DNA from: Podarcis liolepis
Taxonomy: Eukaryota
Assembly: GCA_965112155.1 (NCBI GenBank)
Contig: OZ218111.1
DNA: 64,000 bases
Direction: 5' to 3' (one strand)
The notes under the pieces were generated by a model, which had not been told where the DNA came from, searched no databases, and saw only the letters and a list, made by a program, of their open reading frames with translations. Of this stretch, positions 60,301 to 64,000 are shown piece by piece. Position 1 is the first letter of the stretch, and every line of letters begins with the position of its first letter. Made by a program: the position numbers and the translations under genes.

Positions 60301-62826
60301 CAGTGGCATCTGGGGGGCAACAATTTGGCCACTATTGCGTGATCAGCTTCTCCCAGTGTATTCCAGTTTGCTTTTCTCTTAGCTTCTCCTGGCTCCTTGA
60401 CTTTTCCATTCTAAAGAGAGGAGCTGAAGTGGGCCAGTTGTGGGATGTGAAGAAATGTTAAGAATGATGTTATGTGAGAGATCCCTAGTTGGCGCATTTT
60501 CATCAGGAGAAATACAAATAAATCAAGAAAAGATAATTGTGGTAGGAGTGTATGCCCCAAATAATAATAAATCTGAATTTTAGAGGAAATTGGAAGAGAA
60601 GCTTTAGGAACTTGAGAATGGAAAGATAATTTTGAGATTTTAATGGAGTTATATCTATCAAAATGGATAGAACCCGGGGGGGGGGGGGAATCAAACTCAG
60701 GCAGACCACCATTATTGTTTTTTCAGCTGACAGATAATCTTAATTTATTTGATACTTGGAGACTGAAGCATCCCACTGAAAAGGATATTACCTATTTTTC
60801 CAAAGATAAAAAATCGGGAGGGAGAATAGATGAAATTTTGGGCCTCAAAAAAATTGACCTTGAGTCTGGTAAAAGCAGAGATTTTGAACAAATCTCTCAC
60901 AGATCATAATCCAGTTACTATACATATAAAATTCAAAAAACATATGAGGGAGGTAGAGGATGAATGACAAGATATGGAGAGATGAGCAAAAGGTGAATAA
61001 AATGAGGGAATTGTTGAAGGAATTTTTCGAAATTAACAAGAAACAAGGGACAGATAGGAAAATCATTTGGGATACCAGTAAAGCCTATATGAGAGGAACT
61101 GGAATACAACAAATGGTGAGAATAAGGAAGGGTAAAGAAAATGATATTGTGGAAATAAACAAACAGATAAGGGAGAATGAAAAAGAATTGTTGAAAAATC
61201 CAAAACAAGAGAGTATAATCCAAAATATTAAAATTCTACAATCCCAATTAACTAATTTAATAAAGAAGTGGAAAATAATAGAAAATGGACAAAACAAAGG
61301 CACCGCATTTTTTGCTCTATAAGACGCACCTAGTTTTTGGAGGATGAAAACAAGGAAAAAAATATTCTGAATCCCAGAAGCCAGAACAGCAAGAGGGATC
61401 GCTGGCAGATAAATGACAGATATAATAAGACACAAACTAAAAAATGTTGTGAAAAAGGAATGGGAGTGCCTAAACAAATACCTTAAAAGACAAGGTTCGA
61501 GGACAGAAACCTGGCTGAGTCTGGAATAACCTTGTGAAGTGAAAGGATAAGAAAGAGGGATATATATTTAGATGCTGGGATAGAGATGATAAGGAAAACA
61601 GGAAGATACAATGAGAGGTAAAGGAGGTGCTGTGGGATTGGTGGAAGTCAACGTTTGTTTTCCTTTTTAGTGTTTATACTATTAATTTGTATGTTTTGGG
61701 TTTGTTTTTGTGTTTTGTGTATTGTTATTTTTCATTTTCTGTTTCTTGTTGTGTGGAAAATATTAATAAAATTTACTATTTTAAAAAATAAGAATGATGT
61801 TATGTGAAAGATCCCTAGTTGGGGCATTTTCACCAGGAGCTGATGGGCTGGCAACTACCCTGCTCAGTTGCCACCAGCTGGTTTAATGTCCCCTCCCTCT
61901 TCTCTTCCCCTAAGTCTCCAGCAACCCCAAAAGCAGCTCCTCTGTGCCCCCTGGGCCCCCCATCTATGTGGATCTGGCTTACATCCCCAATCACTGCAGT
62001 GGGAAGAACACGGACCAGGAATTCTTCAAGAGGGTCCGGGCCTCCTACTACGTCATGAGCGGCAACGACCCAGGCAGCGGGGAGCCCAGTCGCGCAGTGT
62101 TGGACGCCCTCCTGGAAGGGAAGGCCCAGTGGGGGGAGAACCTGCAGGTATGGGCTGGGCTGGCTTCTCTGTGGAGCCGGTGGGGGGAGGAGAGGGCGAG
62201 AGTTTGCAAGCATGCCTAAGGGCTACAGCAGAGCATGGCTCATGGAGAGCTTGTTTTCTCTGCAAAGTATGACTTCTCAGTGCAACAAGAACTGTTCACT
62301 TGAAGGGGAACTGCCTAAGTCAGTCCTGGCCCTATGCCCACCAAGCAAGCCAGTGCTCAGCTACTGCTTGGTCTCATCTGGCCAGGAAGGCATTGTCTCC
62401 ATTGGCCCACCCAGCCACCTCTCCTTGGCCTAGAATAATTCTGAGCCAAGTCCAAAGAGGGAGGCCCACTCACCTCCACCAGATCTGCTCTAGCTGCTGG
62501 AAAAATTAGCTCCAGCCTGCTCCTTTGACCCAACCCTGTAGCAAACCTCCTTCTGCCTCTGCAAGGGATGCTCTGTTAGCCAGAGGTAGCTGCCTTGTTT
62601 CCTGTCCCTGCTGTGATTGGCCAGAGCACCAGGGAAACCCCTTCCCAGCCTGTCTCTTGTGCTTCCTCAGGTGACTCTCATCCCAACACACGACACGGAA
62701 GTGACCCGGGAATGGTACCAACAGACCCACGAGAAGCAGCAGGAGCTAAGCATCATGGTCCTGGCCAGCAGCAGCACAGTGGTGATGCAGGATGAGTCCT
62801 TTCCTGCATGCAAGATCGAGTTCTGA
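27587..62826 (+). CDS. MAP1A: Microtubule-associated protein 1A polyprotein (heavy chain + LC2), long N-terminal form, 7 coding exons, about 3067 aa
   Basis: MAP1 N-terminal domain (GFLKLSKPCCYIFPGGRGDSALFAVNGFNILVDGGS), KKE microtubule-binding repeats, SSPEDLTKDFEEL, C-terminal YVDLAYIPNHCSGK...FPACKIEF*; synteny with TP53BP1; exon sum 9204 nt. Confidence 0.96.
27816..27836 (+). promoter_or_regulatory. RE1/NRSE (REST-binding site) in MAP1A intron 1
   Basis: TTCAGCACCCTGGAGAGGGCT vs consensus TTCAGCACCnnGGA(C/G)AGnGCC. Confidence 0.7.
28270..29230 (-). mobile_element. Degraded CR1 LINE fragments
   Basis: CR1-RT-like antisense strings (e.g. ttgaaagccttgctgaaaacaag, tggactccagctgaagg...accaaagcagaat); boundaries approximate. 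Confidence 0.55.
30936..31172 (-). mobile_element. MIR-like tRNA SINE
   Basis: Antisense B-box ggatttgaacc at 31111, core cacaacagccttgtgagg, (tttat) tail. Confidence 0.6.
31287..31755 (+). mobile_element. Older L1-clade LINE 3' fragment
   Basis: ORF2-end remnant (LPTMKEWLLKLMDLAEIAKLT), A-rich tail, 18-bp TSD with 2 mismatches (31269-31286 / 31756-31773). Confidence 0.7.
32218..32769 (-). mobile_element. 5'-truncated L1-clade LINE
   Basis: Encodes PTLEEWQMKVMDYMELAEMTGRIRDQGEESVEEDWKKFKDYLQKYCKINEC*; perfect 14-bp TSD tgaaaggtattctc (32204-32217 / 32770-32783). Confidence 0.85.
33110..34110 (+). mobile_element. CR1 LINE 3' fragment, interrupted by an L1 insertion
   Basis: RT-end remnant LNINQQSNAVTKKANTVLDCIN; ttggtcagacctcatctaga. 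Confidence 0.7.
33539..33966 (-). mobile_element. 5'-truncated L1-clade LINE nested in CR1
   Basis: Poly-T tail, ORF2 end PTLEEWQMKVMDYMTLAEMT..., perfect 16-bp TSD aggaaccgggatttct (33523-33538 / 33967-33982). Confidence 0.85.
34898..34999 (+). CDS. MAP1A: MAP1A exon 2 (GLRSWDIDLSSCDLNQQLRLFVTRHLAHFSSEVK)
   Basis: 102 nt, AG/GT boundaries, conserved MAP1 motif. Confidence 0.95.
35284..35304 (+). promoter_or_regulatory. RE1/NRSE (REST-binding site) in MAP1A intron 2
   Basis: CGCAGCACCATGGACAGCTCC; both half-site cores with 2-nt spacer. Confidence 0.68.
35355..36338. mobile_element. Non-autonomous hAT (Charlie/OC1-like) element
   Basis: TIR-like ggggtcctcagact ... agtttgaggacccctg; subterminal ttttaaacagggggccagttcactgtccctcagac; no clear 8-bp TSD. 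Confidence 0.65.
37911..38050 (-). mobile_element. CR1 LINE 3' end
   Basis: tagaatcatagaattgtagagttggaagg...ggtcatctagtccaaccccctgc, typical CR1 3' terminus. Confidence 0.75.
41120..42280. promoter_or_regulatory. Intronic CpG island, probable alternative MAP1A promoter
   Basis: CpG-dense 1.1 kb inside intron 2, GC boxes, candidate donor CGG|GTACGT at 41326/41327. Confidence 0.65.
42319..42348 (+). repeat. (CT)n microsatellite
   Basis: Direct observation. Confidence 0.9.
43405..43590 (+). mobile_element. Degraded tRNA-derived SINE (Squam3-like)
   Basis: aaaaggtcccagg...tgctgccagtcagtgta...actgagtttgatggacc...tataaggcaactgcttcc. Confidence 0.6.
44130..45420 (-). mobile_element. CR1 LINE 3' fragment, interrupted by an L1 insertion
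   Basis: ttctgcaccttttccagctctacaat...accagaacagtacacaatattccaagtgtggttgcacc (antisense CR1 RT end). Confidence 0.7.
44442..45021 (-). mobile_element. 5'-truncated L1-clade LINE nested in CR1
   Basis: Similar to the 32218-32769 copy; perfect 20-bp TSD gaaaaacttctctgtatcta (44422-44441 / 45022-45041). Confidence 0.85.
47085..47560 (+). mobile_element. Degraded L2-type LINE 3' fragment
   Basis: gggctcaatttaaaatgct...ccctaaatggttt...ttggaattcttgc pattern; boundaries approximate. Confidence 0.45.
49733..49815 (+). CDS. MAP1A: MAP1A exon 3 (GQRTLHHQSEDLDTVILVNPDEQSTVSE)
   Basis: 83 nt, AG/GT boundaries. Confidence 0.95.
50385..50525 (+). CDS. MAP1A: MAP1A exon 4 (VRSLICDPSAYKLLVLCGQS...ILADPE)
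   Basis: 141 nt, AG/GT boundaries. Confidence 0.95.
51056..59384 (+). CDS. MAP1A: MAP1A giant exon 5 (8329 nt; short-isoform start MDGVSEF at 51206, KKE repeats, poly-Glu tracts)
   Basis: 2820-aa ORF in track; acceptor tgtag at 51051-51055, donor CAG|GTAAGA at 59384/59385. Confidence 0.96.
60510..61788 (+). mobile_element. Internally deleted L1-clade LINE (APE endonuclease remnant + ORF2 tail + 3'UTR) with a nested MITE end
   Basis: Frameshifted VVGVYAPN, DFNGV, DTWRLKHP...TYFS...RID, SDHNPV, WDTSKAYMRG; AATAAA and A tail; flanked by a 51-bp direct repeat. Confidence 0.85.
61915..62147 (+). CDS. MAP1A: MAP1A exon 6 (LC2 region, VPPGPPIYVDLAYIPNHC...WGENLQ)
   Basis: Conserved light-chain peptide; only in-phase acceptor is AAG at 61912-61914; donor gtatgg. 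Confidence 0.85.
62671..62826 (+). CDS. MAP1A: MAP1A exon 7 (VTLIPTHDTEVTREWYQQTHE...CKIEF*); 3'UTR probably runs past the window end
   Basis: 156 nt, cctcag acceptor, TGA at 62824-62826. Confidence 0.96.
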   Translation: MTLIPTHDTEVTREWYQQTHEKQQELSIMVLASSSTVVMQDESFPACKIEF

Positions 62827-64000
62827 GGCCCCCCTGGCTGCAGCAGCGCGTCTCATCCGTCCATCCGCCTTCCCCACCCCCCACCCCATGCAGCACTGGG
62901 AGATCCATCTACTCACAGCGCAAGTCTCCTTCCTGTCCCAAATGTGGTCTGGATTTGCTGGGCACATGCTGCCTGCACGTGGCTCTTGTTTGCCACCATG
63001 CCCAGGACGTGTCCAGCATGCCTGGATGTGTGTGGAGTGGAGGGACCCTCTTGGGAGCTGCTTCACTTTTCCAGATTTATTTTGCTGCCTCCGTCATTGC
63101 TGTAGAATAATTCAGCTGCTTTGATGCTGCTTGCGAAAGCGCTGCCCCCTCCCTCCCCGCTTCCTTGCCTGAGGGCTCTTCTGACCTCCAGAACTTTGTC
63201 CGACTTAGCCCACGGGGTAGCTTCAGATGGAAGCAGCACAAGAGACCAGTAAAAAGGAGGACGAGAGCAGGAAGAGAAAGAGAGACACCATTCCTCTGCC
63301 TCTCAGGTGTGAAGTGAGAACTGAGCTGGGAGGAGGAAGAGGAGATGATGACACAGAAAAGTGGAAACCGGCTTGCCTGCCCCCCAACACTCTGCCAAAG
63401 CTGTGCTGGAAAAAGAATCCAGCCTGGCACACCAAGGAGTACATTGCAGAGAAGCCCTTCAGCTCTGCAGTCAGAAAATGCCAAATACTGCATCTTCAGC
63501 AGTGCCAGAGGTGAAGCTGGCCCCTGCCAAGTGACTCTGCCCTTTGGAGGAGGATCATGTTTATAAAGTCCCAGTATTTCCCTGTGAGCAAGAAGGGGGG
63601 AAATTGGGGTAGGTGGGTGGGGACTGGATCCCTCTGGGGATGGAGCTGGCACTGCTGCACATACAAGGACATCCTTTCCTCCCGTTTGCTAGAACTGAGG
63701 GCCAAACCAAGTGAAGGGGGTGTTTGCAGGCTCTTCCTCCAGCTCCCCGCATGCACTGCCATTCTCCTCGCAGCTATTGCAGATAGCATTAGAGGCCCTT
63801 CAAGCTGTCAGCAGCCACAGTGAGGGGCCCTGTTTTCGTCCTCTGTGCTGCTGGCAAAGCCAGGGCTGGTGGCCCAGCACATTGTAGCCATGGGGAGGGA
63901 GGGGGCAGAGCACACTTGGGAAGTCACAAATCATGGGTGTGAAGCTTTGGGCAAGCTCTGAAAAAAGCCTTACCGAGTCTTTGGGTGTGGCTCTTGGTCT

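Overview
Eukaryotic vertebrate DNA. The repeat content (CR1, L2, L1, tRNA-SINEs, Penelope-like, MITEs) suggests a squamate reptile, probably a lizard (inference). The window holds the conserved TUBGCP4 - TP53BP1 - MAP1A block: (1) the last four coding exons and 3'UTR of TUBGCP4 (+, 143-2116); (2) a complete, compact TP53BP1 (-, 3339-22591; 25 coding exons assembled by hand with all splice phases consistent, 5523 nt = 1840 aa + stop); (3) a complete MAP1A CDS (+, 27587-62826; 7 coding exons including an 8329-nt exon, 9204 nt = 3067 aa + stop), head-to-head with TP53BP1. I found no wholly new biological system. Best leads: a Lys-to-Ile change in the 53BP1 BRCT phosphate pocket (human K1814 position); apparent fusion of three 5' TP53BP1 exons; MAP1A start codons embedded in duplicated RFX X-boxes with two RE1/REST sites downstream; an internal MAP1A CpG-island promoter; an L1 with a 51-bp target-site duplication and missing RT; and recurrent 5' truncation of independent L1 copies at nearly the same point. 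Human comparisons and repeat family names are from recall, not database searches.
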